A DNA stretch of 50,778 nt from a virus (Duplodnaviria; Caudoviricetes). The notes beneath the pieces were generated by a model. The model saw only the letters and a program-made list of their open reading frames with translations. It made no database searches and was not told the DNA's origin. The DNA lies in the IMG/VR virus record IMGVR_UViG_3300036806_000033, positions 1 through 50,778 of that record; one strand, 5' to 3'. Below are positions 1 through 9,213 of the stretch, in pieces (position 1 is the first letter of the stretch; the number at the start of each line of letters is the position of its first letter). Position numbers and translations under genes: made by a program.

Positions 1-127
1 CGATCACGCTGTGTCCATTCTCCTTGGAATTCTCTGGCTTTGAAGCGAAGGTTTTTAAGATAGTCGAAAAGAACTTCATAGTCACCTCTAGTCTCATCTG
101 TTGATAGACGTTCTAAATATTCTCTTA
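1..127. repeat. Exact 127-bp terminal overlap (copy 1), circular-assembly artefact
   Basis: 1-127 is identical to 50652-50778. 127 is a typical de Bruijn k-mer length and the overlap lies inside the portal gene. Confidence 0.97.
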
Positions 128-752
128 GTTCACCTAAAGATATAATAGATCTAACAAACTTAGGAGTATGGTAAAATGATTCAGCAGTAGGATTCATCAC
201 TACATCAAGAGGAGATAACCTCTTAATAGCAGGACCAATAAATCCTGTTTGCATCATTCCTGGTAATTGTTCAGCTCGGTTGTCCACCCATTGAACAGTA
301 GCGAAACAATTACCAAAGTCGATATAATCAGCAATAATCTTTTCTAATTCAGTGATGAAGTGAGGCTGATCAATAGCCCAGCCGATATAATTGATAATAG
401 CATCACGTTTAAGAACTTGCTGATCATCTAGTTCATTAGCTTCCCAGTAAATATTCTTACGCTGGGGTAACAATGTAGCGATGTAGTTCGCTAAAAGATT
501 GTCCCGAATTTGACAGGACTTTGGCACCGTTGTTTTGTTCTTCCACGGTAGAGTAGCGTTCGACGTCTGAGTTGTATCCGTTGCGAATATGTATCGACGG
601 ATCTCTTCCCAGTCGTTGACCTTCCGTTGACGTAATACGTTCCATTCTACAAATTTCTCCGTTAACCTAATAGCCAATCTATCAGGTACTAAGAATCCAG
701 TCGGTTGACCAGATCCTATTACATTTTCTAATGAGAGTACAGAACCAGTCAT
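1..752 (-). CDS. Portal protein, N-terminal part (continues across the origin into 50651-49535; about 622 aa in total)
   Basis: ATG at 752 opens MTGSVLSLENV...LPWKNKTTVPKSCQIRDNLLANY. The frame joins the 49535..50641 ORF after removing the overlap (1869 nt). It lies between terminase and scaffold. Confidence 0.9.
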   Translation of the reverse strand, partial: MTGSVLSLENVIGSGQPTGFLVPDRLAIRLTEKFVEWNVLRQRKVNDWEEIRRYIFATDTTQTSNATLPWKNKTTVPKSCQIRDNLLANYIATLLPQRKNIYWEANELDDQQVLKRDAIINYIGWAIDQPHFITELEKIIADYIDFGNCFATVQWVDNRAEQLPGMMQTGFIGPAIKRLSPLDVVMNPTAESFYHTPKFVRSIISLGELREYLERLSTDETRGDYEVLFDYLKNLRFKAREFQGEWTQRD

Positions 753-920
753 TTATGGCTGTTCTTTAAGATTCTTTCGTACTTGTCTTGAAATTCTCAA
801 TGCTTCACGTCCTTGCCGATAAGCCGGCGACTCCATAGTATCCGTGTCTTGTACGTTAGGTGTTACGACTGTTCCATCAGGACCAGGAGCAGGGTGGTCA
901 AAGTTTTGATCAATAGGCAT
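753..920 (-). CDS. Small hypothetical protein (55 aa)
   Basis: MPIDQNFDHPAPGPDG...KEQP exactly fills the gap between terminase and portal. Confidence 0.7.
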   Translation of the reverse strand: MPIDQNFDHPAPGPDGTVVTPNVQDTDTMESPAYRQGREALRISRQVRKNLKEQP

Positions 921-2486
921 TTATACTACGCCTCCAAAGCGTGGGTGGTATGTAAATAAGGGTTTATCTGTTTTATGTTGGTTAAGTGTCATTGGTGCTA
1001 ATACATTCTTGATTGCACAGGCTAAAGCGTCTTTGCAATCATCATGTGGAGGATTCTGAAGAATAAGTTCTTCTTCTAAAACCTGACAATTGCCCCCCGC
1101 GTAATGCCAGATCTGACGATTCTGGTACCGTGGTTCGAGGACTGCGAGTATACGCTCCGCCTTCGATCCTTCAAACCTAGATGGGGAGTATTCTTCGACT
1201 GAGAGAGAGAGACCAGCTGGTCTGATATAGTTGTCACGTATGTCCTCAACAATCATTCTTTGTCCGGCAGTTGTTTCTGCCATAAGCTTTCTAAAGCCCC
1301 ATTTCTCGTACATCTTGAAGAGACGTTTATAGACTTCAGATATTTTAGTAGTTTTGAATCTTTCAACTTCTAAGATATAGTAGTTGAGTTTCCCGTCGAC
1401 TCCAACAATGACGATTGAAGTATAGTCACTACGTAGCCCTGTGGTATATGCAAAGTCGACTGCCGCAATGAGGTTAAGTCTATTGCCCTTAAAGAACCAT
1501 CTACCGTCTCGTACACTAAGATGGCCGGGTTCATAGTACTGGAAGAGGTCTTTTCCAATTGGAGATGAATCGACGTCATGGGGATCATTATAGTATTGGG
1601 CTCTAAAGTGAGTTTGGTTGATATACTGCGACCGTTTTTCAGCCAATATTTTTTGGTCGAAACCGAACCATTTTCCATCGTAACGTTGCTGCCTAGGCCA
1701 TAAGAATTCTCCGGTACCGTCCCCGAGACTTTCGACGGGATATTCTTTAACATCGTAAAGAGGCCGTCTATGTATGATTTCACCGTAGTCATTATATTCA
1801 TCGACTGTCATTTCTTGTAAATGAGGATAGATATCTTTAGGATGATAACGTGTACCAACAACTAAGACACGTGGGTGGGTACTTTGAATAGACGATAAGT
1901 AACCATATTGTTCTCGAGTCTTTTCACGACCTTCTTCCGTGTAAGCATTAGAAGCAGTGACTCCATCATCGAACACAATAATATCACAATGAAGCCCCAC
2001 AATATTAGTGGTAAGGCCAGCAGTAATAATGGAAGGATCACGAATAGACTCAGCAGCACGTCTAGGATCATCAATTGATATCTCCCGTTCTGTCCATTTT
2101 TCTCGTTTAGCTTCATCTATATGAACCATTTCTGGCCACAATAAACGATAGTTAGTGGAGGTAAATATATCTTTAATAAACTTTAACTGCTTAGTAGCTA
2201 ACAATGAAGTAGAAGAAATATAAAGAACTCTGAGAGTAGGATCTTTAGTAAGTTGCCAAGCTACCCAATAAGCAGCAATAGCACTCTTCATATGGTCACG
2301 TGGTAGTAAAAGAAGCTGATAACTATTAGCGTTAGAAGCTGATAACCACCGACATATTTCTAAATGAATCGAACCTAGTAAACGTAAAGGATGAATAGTA
2401 TTAATAAAAAAGATAAAGTCTAATTCACACTTTAATCTGATTTCACTACGTTGGGCCTCAAGAACGGTCTTCTTAGGTCTTCCCAC
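921..2486 (-). CDS. terL: Terminase large subunit
   Basis: Walker A-like LLPRDHMKS, Walker B IIVFDD, coupling motif VGTRYH, nuclease acidic motifs AVDFA and HDDCKDALA. Confidence 0.95.
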   Translation of the reverse strand: MGRPKKTVLEAQRSEIRLKCELDFIFFINTIHPLRLLGSIHLEICRWLSASNANSYQLLLLPRDHMKSAIAAYWVAWQLTKDPTLRVLYISSTSLLATKQLKFIKDIFTSTNYRLLWPEMVHIDEAKREKWTEREISIDDPRRAAESIRDPSIITAGLTTNIVGLHCDIIVFDDGVTASNAYTEEGREKTREQYGYLSSIQSTHPRVLVVGTRYHPKDIYPHLQEMTVDEYNDYGEIIHRRPLYDVKEYPVESLGDGTGEFLWPRQQRYDGKWFGFDQKILAEKRSQYINQTHFRAQYYNDPHDVDSSPIGKDLFQYYEPGHLSVRDGRWFFKGNRLNLIAAVDFAYTTGLRSDYTSIVIVGVDGKLNYYILEVERFKTTKISEVYKRLFKMYEKWGFRKLMAETTAGQRMIVEDIRDNYIRPAGLSLSVEEYSPSRFEGSKAERILAVLEPRYQNRQIWHYAGGNCQVLEEELILQNPPHDDCKDALACAIKNVLAPMTLNQHKTDKPLFTYHPRFGGVV

Positions 2487-2491
2487 AAGAA

Positions 2492-2644
2492 CTATTCTTT
2501 CTCTTCTATTTTAGGTTTATTTTGTTCATTAACCTGCTGTTGTAACTTAACAATTAATCCTGAGACCGTCTTAAAAGGCATGTTGCCTAAAGATTCAGAA
2601 AGAATTAAAAGTTCTTGTTCAGTCAATGTTAAAGTATAAATCAT
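2492..2644 (-). CDS. Small helical protein, possible tail-fibre chaperone (50 aa)
   Basis: MIYTLTLTEQELLILSESLGNMPFKTVSGLIVKLQQQ; ATGA overlap with the tailspike stop codon. Confidence 0.6.
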   Translation of the reverse strand: MIYTLTLTEQELLILSESLGNMPFKTVSGLIVKLQQQVNEQNKPKIEEKE

Positions 2645-4275
2645 GATGCTGCGACTGTCCAATTAGTTCCGTTGTAATAACCAAGTACATGATTAGAACC
2701 TGTTCCAGCTATAGTTGCTCCCCATATAGCTGTAGTACTATCTGTAAAGGAAACTAACATTCCTTCAACTGCCGTAGAAGGTCTATTTGCAAATGTAACT
2801 GCTGTTCCACGTATTGAATTAGTCACTACATTATTGGGGAAAAGAGTAGGCAAGACAAACTGATTATTAGAATTATCTACAATCATATTTCCCACAGTTT
2901 CCCAACAAGGACCATCTCCGAGAAATGGATTACTAGAAGCTGTTGCAGAATTCCAAGTTATTATATTACCAATAGCTGTTGATCTAGAAGCTAAACCTCC
3001 GTTTGAGATAAAAAATGCTGGGCTATGCCCTGCCGCTGGGCTCTGAAATATATTTCCTAATAAATTAATATTTCCTCTAAATTTAAACCATATAACACGA
3101 TCATCAGCATTAATATTATTTGCAGCCCATCTACAACCTATAATATTTATAGGTTCAAGACCAGAACTTGGACCCCCAGTTAATAGTAATCTACTGGAAC
3201 CTTCTGTATTAGAACCTATAATAGATACAACATCATCGGGATTACCGATATCAAAGTCGGCTATAGAACAAGAACCTCCACCACCTCCGTACCACCTAAA
3301 ACTTCCTGAATTATTAGCCGAATTAGTAGCTTGAGTAGTAGAGACTCCTCTTTTACCGCTTAAAAATGTAGAGTTAATAAATGTATGGGTTTTAGATTGA
3401 GAATGTTCTATGCTATAAGCAGCATTAAAAAAGTTTTCAACGATACAATCATAAATTCCATCTAAATCATTATTAACATCACCACCAGCCCCATCAGAAG
3501 TATCATCTCCAATACACCATCTAAATCCTTTAGTAAGACCAGCTGATGCTGAATTAGTACCATTCATGGTTATATTTTGAAAATGTCTATTAGTAGACGT
3601 TGTTCCAGTTGCTGTCTCTAATCTAATACCTTCGGCTAAAGGAAAATTAATAGATGAATTAATTATAAAATCTTTGAAAGAAGAATCTCTACAACCACGT
3701 ATTCTAAACATAGGAGACGTAGTGTCACCTCTCCAAGTAAAGTTAGTTCCTTTTCCTGTTGAAGAAGATCCACAACCCAACCAACTTACAGAAGAAATAC
3801 CTGTCGGATTATATATATTTATAGTTCCTGTTACATTAAATGAACCTACAGGACCTAATATTTGAACATTATTTTTACTTATAGTAAAACCTGGAATTAC
3901 CCCACCAGAAGACAAACCTCTAGCATCTACAATACCTCCTGTAGATGGAAGAGCTGCAATAGCAGCTGCTATTTTATCTCCTGCTGTGTCTCCTGAAAAC
4001 ACTGCTGCGTAAAGGACAGGACCAGATGGACCAAATATAGTATTATTTAAATCACTTAAACGTACAGCTGAATTAGCTGTAGAAGGACTTCCTAGGTTTA
4101 TGATTTCATTAGAATTCATATCCAATTCAGAATTCATATAATTAGGAGATGTACCATCCCTAGATAACGTATTTTCTATTGCTGTAACAGTAGAAGAACT
4201 ATTGTTATTCAGTGTACTAGCCGCAGTAACTAAAGTTCCCTGACTTACTACATTATTTAAAATTAATTTAGACAT
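2641..4275 (-). CDS. Tailspike / receptor-binding protein with probable beta-helix (depolymerase-like) body
   Basis: N-terminal anchor (NTLSRDGTSPN..LDMNSN.I.NL..P) shared with 45528..46667; AAIAALPSTGGIV beta-helix cap; G/N/I-rich body; C-terminal YYNGTNW. Confidence 0.8.
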   Translation of the reverse strand: MSKLILNNVVSQGTLVTAASTLNNNSSSTVTAIENTLSRDGTSPNYMNSELDMNSNEIINLGSPSTANSAVRLSDLNNTIFGPSGPVLYAAVFSGDTAGDKIAAAIAALPSTGGIVDARGLSSGGVIPGFTISKNNVQILGPVGSFNVTGTINIYNPTGISSVSWLGCGSSSTGKGTNFTWRGDTTSPMFRIRGCRDSSFKDFIINSSINFPLAEGIRLETATGTTSTNRHFQNITMNGTNSASAGLTKGFRWCIGDDTSDGAGGDVNNDLDGIYDCIVENFFNAAYSIEHSQSKTHTFINSTFLSGKRGVSTTQATNSANNSGSFRWYGGGGGSCSIADFDIGNPDDVVSIIGSNTEGSSRLLLTGGPSSGLEPINIIGCRWAANNINADDRVIWFKFRGNINLLGNIFQSPAAGHSPAFFISNGGLASRSTAIGNIITWNSATASSNPFLGDGPCWETVGNMIVDNSNNQFVLPTLFPNNVVTNSIRGTAVTFANRPSTAVEGMLVSFTDSTTAIWGATIAGTGSNHVLGYYNGTNWTVAAS

Positions 4276-5004
4276 TTAAAAAATAGGAATATATCCAGTA
4301 GTACCACCACTATCTACGATAGTTAACCATTTTTGAACTGTTGTATGAGCACCTGCTGGACCTACAGAACCTAAAACTGTAGCTACTGTAGTATTAGCAG
4401 AAAAAGAACCTGCATCTACAAATTGAATGGGTCCCGAAGCTGCTGTAGTCGCTAAATTAAAACTTTGAGTATTACCATTATTTCTGAAATTCCATACACC
4501 GCTTGCTGAAGCTCCAAAACCACTGCCGTTAGTCCATTGATAACTGTTAACTCCAGAAGAAACAATAAATGTTGCTGCTCTAGAACTTTGAGTTGTTATT
4601 ATATCAGCTCCTGTTGCTGTCCAAGAATTTGCATTAGAGACGTTATAGTTAAATTTATCAACACCGTTTATTGAAATGCCTAATCCAGTAGTAGAAACAC
4701 TGTATAAACCAGTAGTTGTATTTCCAATTGATAAAGATGGAGTGGCTGCTGCTCCTGCTGAAGAAGTCCTGAGAAGACCCCCAGTCGTTACTGCTCCAGA
4801 AGAACCTGCATAAGTAAATCCAGCATCAGAAGATACTACACCACCTAAATTAAATAGAACTTGAGTAGTTGCCCCACCAGTAATAGTAGAAGTACCTATA
4901 GTAATTCCTCCACCGGCAGTAGCAAGATTACCTGCACCATCAGTAAGAGTTACATAAGAAGAAGCATCGGGTGCAAAAGCACCTTTTAATTGTTTTGCAG
5001 TCAA
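4276..5004 (-). CDS. Tail-fibre-like virion protein (TTG start)
   Basis: G/S/T-rich beta-type sequence, C-terminal GYIPIF, overlaps the stop codon of the upstream ORF. Confidence 0.65.
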   Translation of the reverse strand: MTAKQLKGAFAPDASSYVTLTDGAGNLATAGGGITIGTSTITGGATTQVLFNLGGVVSSDAGFTYAGSSGAVTTGGLLRTSSAGAAATPSLSIGNTTTGLYSVSTTGLGISINGVDKFNYNVSNANSWTATGADIITTQSSRAATFIVSSGVNSYQWTNGSGFGASASGVWNFRNNGNTQSFNLATTAASGPIQFVDAGSFSANTTVATVLGSVGPAGAHTTVQKWLTIVDSGGTTGYIPIF

Positions 5005-5174
5005 ATTAGTGTTCCATTTCCATCGGTGAATGTAATATGTTTAGAACCATCTCTAGCTTTAGAACCAAAGAGTTTAGTTCCTCCTCGAGTGAGTGTTCCG
5101 TTACCATCTGTTTGAGTTACATACATACTACCGTCAGGAGCAGTAGAACTTAAAAGAAGTTGTTTAGCAGTCAT
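5001..5174 (-). CDS. Small two-repeat protein (57 aa), paralogous to the N-terminus of the next gene
   Basis: MTAKQLLLSSTAPDGSMYVTQTDGNGTLTRGGTKLFGSKARDGSKHITFTDGNGTLI; AGGA RBS upstream. Confidence 0.75.
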   Translation of the reverse strand: MTAKQLLLSSTAPDGSMYVTQTDGNGTLTRGGTKLFGSKARDGSKHITFTDGNGTLI

Positions 5175-5182
5175 TTTATCCT

Positions 5183-5262
5183 ATACGTGCGCGCTTCCGC
5201 ACTTTTACTTTGTTATACTTGCCCGCTTCAAACTATTTAGGGTAGGCATACTTGCCCGCTTC
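5183..5262. repeat. Three 15-bp direct repeats ATAC(T/G)TGC(C/G)CGCTTC with 17-18 bp spacers
   Basis: Copies at 5183-5197 (13/15 match), 5215-5229 and 5248-5262 (identical). Confidence 0.85.
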
Positions 5263-5411
5263 GACCATCTAGTGTTGATAGCATGCGTCGCTATTTTTGA
5301 TAATTGTTTAGAAGATAAGGCTTCTGCTCTGGCAAATCCACCTTTAGAAGCTCCTAGAGCACCTAAAATTCTACCGTGCTCGCCGAGATTTTCCACTTTG
5401 TATGCCTCCAC
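5205..5411 (-). CDS. Small basic KGG-motif protein, or frameshifted tail of the upstream gene
   Basis: LGASKGGFARAEALSSKQLSKIATHAINTRW matches the KGG.ARA..L....IA..A...RW type of motif; the start codon is weak. Confidence 0.5.
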   Translation of the reverse strand: MEAYKVENLGEHGRILGALGASKGGFARAEALSSKQLSKIATHAINTRWSKRASMPTLNSLKRASITK

Positions 5412-7170
5412 GTGTTCCTAAAGCTACTGCTGCATAATGGTGATCCAGCTTTCTAATTCCTTCACGCCAGGGACGTGCGTGAATGTATTCGCTATCAATA
5501 GTTCTTCCACCTACTACTAATTGCGAAGATATGCCTAAAGCTTTACCTAATCCAGAAGCAGTGCCTACGGCTGAGATAGTAGTAAGAGATAATCCTACTG
5601 CAGCTGCAGTTCCTAAACCAGAAGCTTCAGCTAAAGCTGTTGTCGCTCCTGAAGATATTGCTAAAGCTGTGCCAGTACCACTTGAAGATGCTACTGCGTT
5701 AAATGTAACTGCACCAATACTTGTTGCAGTTCCTGTACCCGAAGATGAAGCTACAGCGTTAAATAGAGCATTTCCAGTACCATCTGCACTACCAACACCT
5801 GAAGCAGAGGCTATACCATTAAAGGTAGCCATGCCTGTGAAAGAAGCTGTGCCTGTACCTGTGGCAGAAGCAACGGAGGCTGCTACACTAGCGCCAATAC
5901 CTGTTGCACTACCTATACCGCTCGCAGAACCTAAAGAAGCTGCTACAGAAGCTCCTATACCGTCTGCTGTACCTGTGCCTGTAGCAGATGCTACTGAACC
6001 TGTAGAAAAAGCAACTCCTAAGGCTGTACCTGTTCCAGAAGCAGAACCAACTGCTACAGCAGTACTTGCACCGATAAATGAAGAACTGCCAACACCAGTG
6101 GCTGAAGCTACAGCTACATTTATTCCAGTTCCTATGAAGGAAGAAGAACCAGTTCCTTGTGCACTACCTACCGAAGCAGCTGTTGAAGCACCAATTCCTG
6201 AGGCTGTACCCGTACCTTGAGAAGCTGCAACTGCATTAAATGTAGCTGCGCCTATTACTGTAGAAGAGCCAATACCTGTGGCAGAAGCTGTTGAAGCAGC
6301 TGTAGAAAGACTTATTCCTGTTGCAGCGCCAGTTCCGGTGGAAGAACCAACTGCTACGTTGATTCCTGTACCTACAACTGTTGAAGAACCAGTACCTGTC
6401 GCTGAAGCTACCGCATTAAAAGTAGATTTACCGACAACAGAAGAAGAACCTGTACCGCTTGCCGCTGCTACTGAGGCTGCTGTAGCAGCACCTATACCTG
6501 TAGCTGTTCCTGTACCACTAGCTGAAGCAACATTACTTGCACCACCCGACATGAGGGTGACGCACCACATCTGGGTATCTGTGGAATTGCACGTTGCCGT
6601 CAGCGTTATAGCTGCGTTGGAGCTCAAAACCTGATGCGCGAATAACGCACCATTCCCATCAACGGTGTCCTGCGTCCAGGGCGAAGACGCTGCCGTGAAT
6701 GTGTTTCCAGCAACACCGAAACCGACCGCCGCCTCCGCTGAGGCGGATAAGGTTCCGGTAGATGCGCTGCTTTTCGGGCTAGTGTTCGTGGCATCGTTAG
6801 TGGCGACGTGTTTGTCGAACACAGCGCCGGTCAGTCCTGCGATCTCCCATATCCCGATATCGGCGTAACCTATAGTTCCGTTGAACGTAGCCGTAATCGT
6901 TTTCGATCCGGTCGTGGGACTTAGAAATCCCTGAACAAAGGCTTTGGTCCCGATGTTCGCATTGGAAACATTTCCGAGACCACAATCGACTGCTGTATCC
7001 CCTTTGTCGGTCGTGATTGTAACGGTCGTTGCTGAGGCGGGATCAAAATAACCAGCGACAGCGATTACAGAACCAGCAGCAATCCCGCTGGGGAACACTG
7101 CAACTATTGTCGTCCCCGTGGTCGGGCTAGTAGTGTTAGCGAATTGTCCAGATACGAATGAGATCGCCAT
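5371..7170 (-). CDS. Gly/Ala/Ser/Thr-rich repeat fibre protein with a globular N-terminal domain
   Basis: Many roughly 18-19 aa repeats of the AVASASGTGTA.G.G type after about residue 210; basic C-terminus. Confidence 0.8.
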   Translation of the reverse strand: MAISFVSGQFANTTSPTTGTTIVAVFPSGIAAGSVIAVAGYFDPASATTVTITTDKGDTAVDCGLGNVSNANIGTKAFVQGFLSPTTGSKTITATFNGTIGYADIGIWEIAGLTGAVFDKHVATNDATNTSPKSSASTGTLSASAEAAVGFGVAGNTFTAASSPWTQDTVDGNGALFAHQVLSSNAAITLTATCNSTDTQMWCVTLMSGGASNVASASGTGTATGIGAATAASVAAASGTGSSSVVGKSTFNAVASATGTGSSTVVGTGINVAVGSSTGTGAATGISLSTAASTASATGIGSSTVIGAATFNAVAASQGTGTASGIGASTAASVGSAQGTGSSSFIGTGINVAVASATGVGSSSFIGASTAVAVGSASGTGTALGVAFSTGSVASATGTGTADGIGASVAASLGSASGIGSATGIGASVAASVASATGTGTASFTGMATFNGIASASGVGSADGTGNALFNAVASSSGTGTATSIGAVTFNAVASSSGTGTALAISSGATTALAEASGLGTAAAVGLSLTTISAVGTASGLGKALGISSQLVVGGRTIDSEYIHARPWREGIRKLDHHYAAVALGTRGGIQSGKSRRAR

Positions 7171-7180
7171 TGGCGACCTA

Positions 7181-7630
7181 CTAACTTATAGATGCAACAA
7201 GTGCATTCAAAACAGTTTGAAGACCTACTGTTTGTGCAGGAGTAAATACCGACATAATACGCGTACCATCAGAATTGAGTTTCTCTGCTTGAATAAAACC
7301 ACCTGTATCCTTAGGAAAGTTAGATATAATCCAATCTATACATGCTTGAGACGCATTAACAACAGATGTTATATCACTGGTTAAAGTACCTGCATAACCA
7401 GGGATGTTAGCAGTTGCATATGTATTTAATCCAACAACATTCTTATATGCATTTAAATTTGTAATAACTCCAGACAACTGATCGAGCATTGAAAAGACAT
7501 AAGCAGTGTTGATGTTATTAGACTGAATAACAATTACAGCTGCAGCTGCTTGTTGTTTAATTCCAGCTGCATAGTTCTGTAATTGAGACAAAACAGCACC
7601 TAAAGATGGTTGTGTAGATGCCGGAAACAT
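7181..7630 (-). CDS. Hypothetical virion-module protein
   Basis: 149-aa ORF tightly packed in the late operon. Confidence 0.7.
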   Translation of the reverse strand: MFPASTQPSLGAVLSQLQNYAAGIKQQAAAAVIVIQSNNINTAYVFSMLDQLSGVITNLNAYKNVVGLNTYATANIPGYAGTLTSDITSVVNASQACIDWIISNFPKDTGGFIQAEKLNSDGTRIMSVFTPAQTVGLQTVLNALVASIS

Positions 7631-7631
7631 T

Positions 7632-7808
7632 TTACTTAACTTCTCTATATGCTTGAATCATCAATTTATGAATCTCTTTAGAATCTGTTATACCTTGTTC
7701 AGAAGCTAATAAAATAGCATCAGACATGGCTTTTTCTCGACGTTGTGAGAGTTCTTTATTCTCCGGCTTCAAAGAAGACGCAGAAACACCTACAGCTTCG
7801 ACTATCAT
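7632..7808 (-). CDS. Small hypothetical protein (58 aa)
   Basis: MIVEAVGVSASSLKPENKELSQRREKAMSDAI...; fills the gap with a TAATG junction. Confidence 0.7.
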   Translation of the reverse strand: MIVEAVGVSASSLKPENKELSQRREKAMSDAILLASEQGITDSKEIHKLMIQAYREVK

Positions 7809-8245
7809 TAGTCTAATGCAATCGTAGAAGCAGTAGTTAATTGAGGAGTAACGCCATTACCAGTGACGATATTGGGAGTTACTGTACCAGACCAATAGAT
7901 ATCAGAGGCACCACCGCCAGTTTTACCGACTGAGAAATGAGTAACCGTACCTGATCCACCGGTACCTGCAGGAAAGGTAATAGCTGCAACTGGAGAACAA
8001 ACAGTCGGATTAGTCCCGGAAACCGTCCAACCACCTGTATCCCTATTCACATTCACACGTGCGTAAGAAGTATAAGTAGCTTCAGAGGTAGATTGAGTAC
8101 CAGCATCACCTGGATCTGCAGTATGCAGGGCTACAGCTATCTGGGTAATGGGAGAAGCAGTAGCGTTAATAGCAACATTAGCCCAAGTAGTAGCATTGAA
8201 AATTAATTTAAGTATATTTGATTCTGTGACGTCTGCGATAGACAT
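7808..8245 (-). CDS. Conserved phage structural protein (ALHTADPG...YARV...ITFP...VTHF type)
   Basis: Motif string that I recall from small tail/fibre-associated proteins preceding Gly/Ala-rich fibres. Confidence 0.7.
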   Translation of the reverse strand: MSIADVTESNILKLIFNATTWANVAINATASPITQIAVALHTADPGDAGTQSTSEATYTSYARVNVNRDTGGWTVSGTNPTVCSPVAAITFPAGTGGSGTVTHFSVGKTGGGASDIYWSGTVTPNIVTGNGVTPQLTTASTIALD

Positions 8246-8391
8246 TAGCCTTTGACTTTCTTTAGATTAGGATTTTTACGTTTAGCTGCTGCGCTAGCAT
8301 TTCTAGAAGAAGAAGCTAGGATAGCGCCTGCACGTTTCCGTGAGACGCCTTCCTTTTTAGCGATCTTCGCTTGTACTGAAGCGAAAGACAT
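8245..8391 (-). CDS. Small basic protein (48 aa)
   Basis: MSFASVQAKIAKKEGVSRKRAGAILASSSRNASAAAKRKNPNLKKVKG; abuts both neighbours. Confidence 0.7.
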   Translation of the reverse strand: MSFASVQAKIAKKEGVSRKRAGAILASSSRNASAAAKRKNPNLKKVKG

Positions 8392-8796
8392 TTAGTTTAG
8401 AACTGCTGTGAGTCCAGTAGGAGCAGAAGGATCAGCTAAAGTAGACTTAACTTCAACAGATGCGACGTTACTATCGGCTGAAACATGACCGGCAGTGTCT
8501 ACGACAGCGACGGTAAAGTTATGAAAGCCAACGGTAAGTATATCGGTAGTGAAGGTAGTAGCTGGTCCGACAGCGGAACCAATCATGTGATGTGAAGGAT
8601 CTTCAGTAGAGACATCGAAGATAGAGACAGATGCAATATCTGTAGATGCGAGAGAAGAACCATCAGTGCGAGTTGTGGGGAGTACCCACGTAAGTGTTGA
8701 AGTAGACATGTGTAATATAGCCTTTAAATATGTAGGTTTACGAGGAGGAGATTGAAAAGATTTAATAAGGTTGATTAACCAGTCCCAGAAGGACAT
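8392..8796 (-). CDS. Fibronectin-III/Ig-like domain protein (may start at 8709)
   Basis: TLTW..PTTRTDGS.L ... HNFTVAVVDTAG.VSA.SN pattern. Confidence 0.7.
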   Translation of the reverse strand: MSFWDWLINLIKSFQSPPRKPTYLKAILHMSTSTLTWVLPTTRTDGSSLASTDIASVSIFDVSTEDPSHHMIGSAVGPATTFTTDILTVGFHNFTVAVVDTAGHVSADSNVASVEVKSTLADPSAPTGLTAVLN

Positions 8797-8924
8797 TTTA
8801 TTTCTTTCAATGTTTCTTGTATTGATTTAAGTTCTGTTAAAATTAAATCAAGTTTGTTGTTAAAATTATGTTCTATTGAAGTAGCTGCTCTTTGCAGCTC
8901 TTTCAAAACTGAAAGATTGAGCAT

Positions 8925-9095
8925 TTAATGAATTATAGGACCAAAGATACGCCAACCTAATAGAGCGAATAGGATCCATTGTACGACTGATCCAAAGCCT
9001 ATTAGGAAAGGACTATCTCTCCAAGCAGTAAATCCTCCAATAAGAGAGATTCCTGCTAGAATCATTAAGAACCAAAATAAGAGACCTACGTCCAT
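8925..9095 (-). CDS. Small two-TM membrane protein (56 aa)
   Basis: MDVGLLFWFLMILAGISLIGG...VQWILFALLGWRIFGPIIH; GAGG RBS. Confidence 0.7.
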   Translation of the reverse strand: MDVGLLFWFLMILAGISLIGGFTAWRDSPFLIGFGSVVQWILFALLGWRIFGPIIH

Positions 9096-9199
9096 TAGTA
9101 GCCTCTCTTTCGATCCATAGCTTCTTCAGCTTTAGAACCTTCTTTCATTTTCTTAGCTTTATTCTTCATTTTATCTTTATTCATTTGACCTTTAGCCAT
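9095..9199 (-). CDS. Lys/Met-rich micro-protein (34 aa)
   Basis: MAKGQMNKDKMKNKAKKMKEGSKAEEAMDRKRGY with AAGGA RBS. Confidence 0.6.
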   Translation of the reverse strand: MAKGQMNKDKMKNKAKKMKEGSKAEEAMDRKRGY

Positions 9200-9213
9200 T
9201 TATATGATATTCC

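Noticed and set aside
5183-5262. CRISPR array
   Set aside because: Repeats (15 bp) and spacers (17-18 bp) are too short, there are only three copies and there are no cas genes; kept as a plain repeat
5483-6868. Plus-strand Pro/Glu/Ala/Val repeat ORFs (5483..6220, 6278..6634, 6665..6868)
   Set aside because: Antisense shadows of the Gly/Ser/Thr/Ala repeat fibre codons; no RBS and against the operon direction
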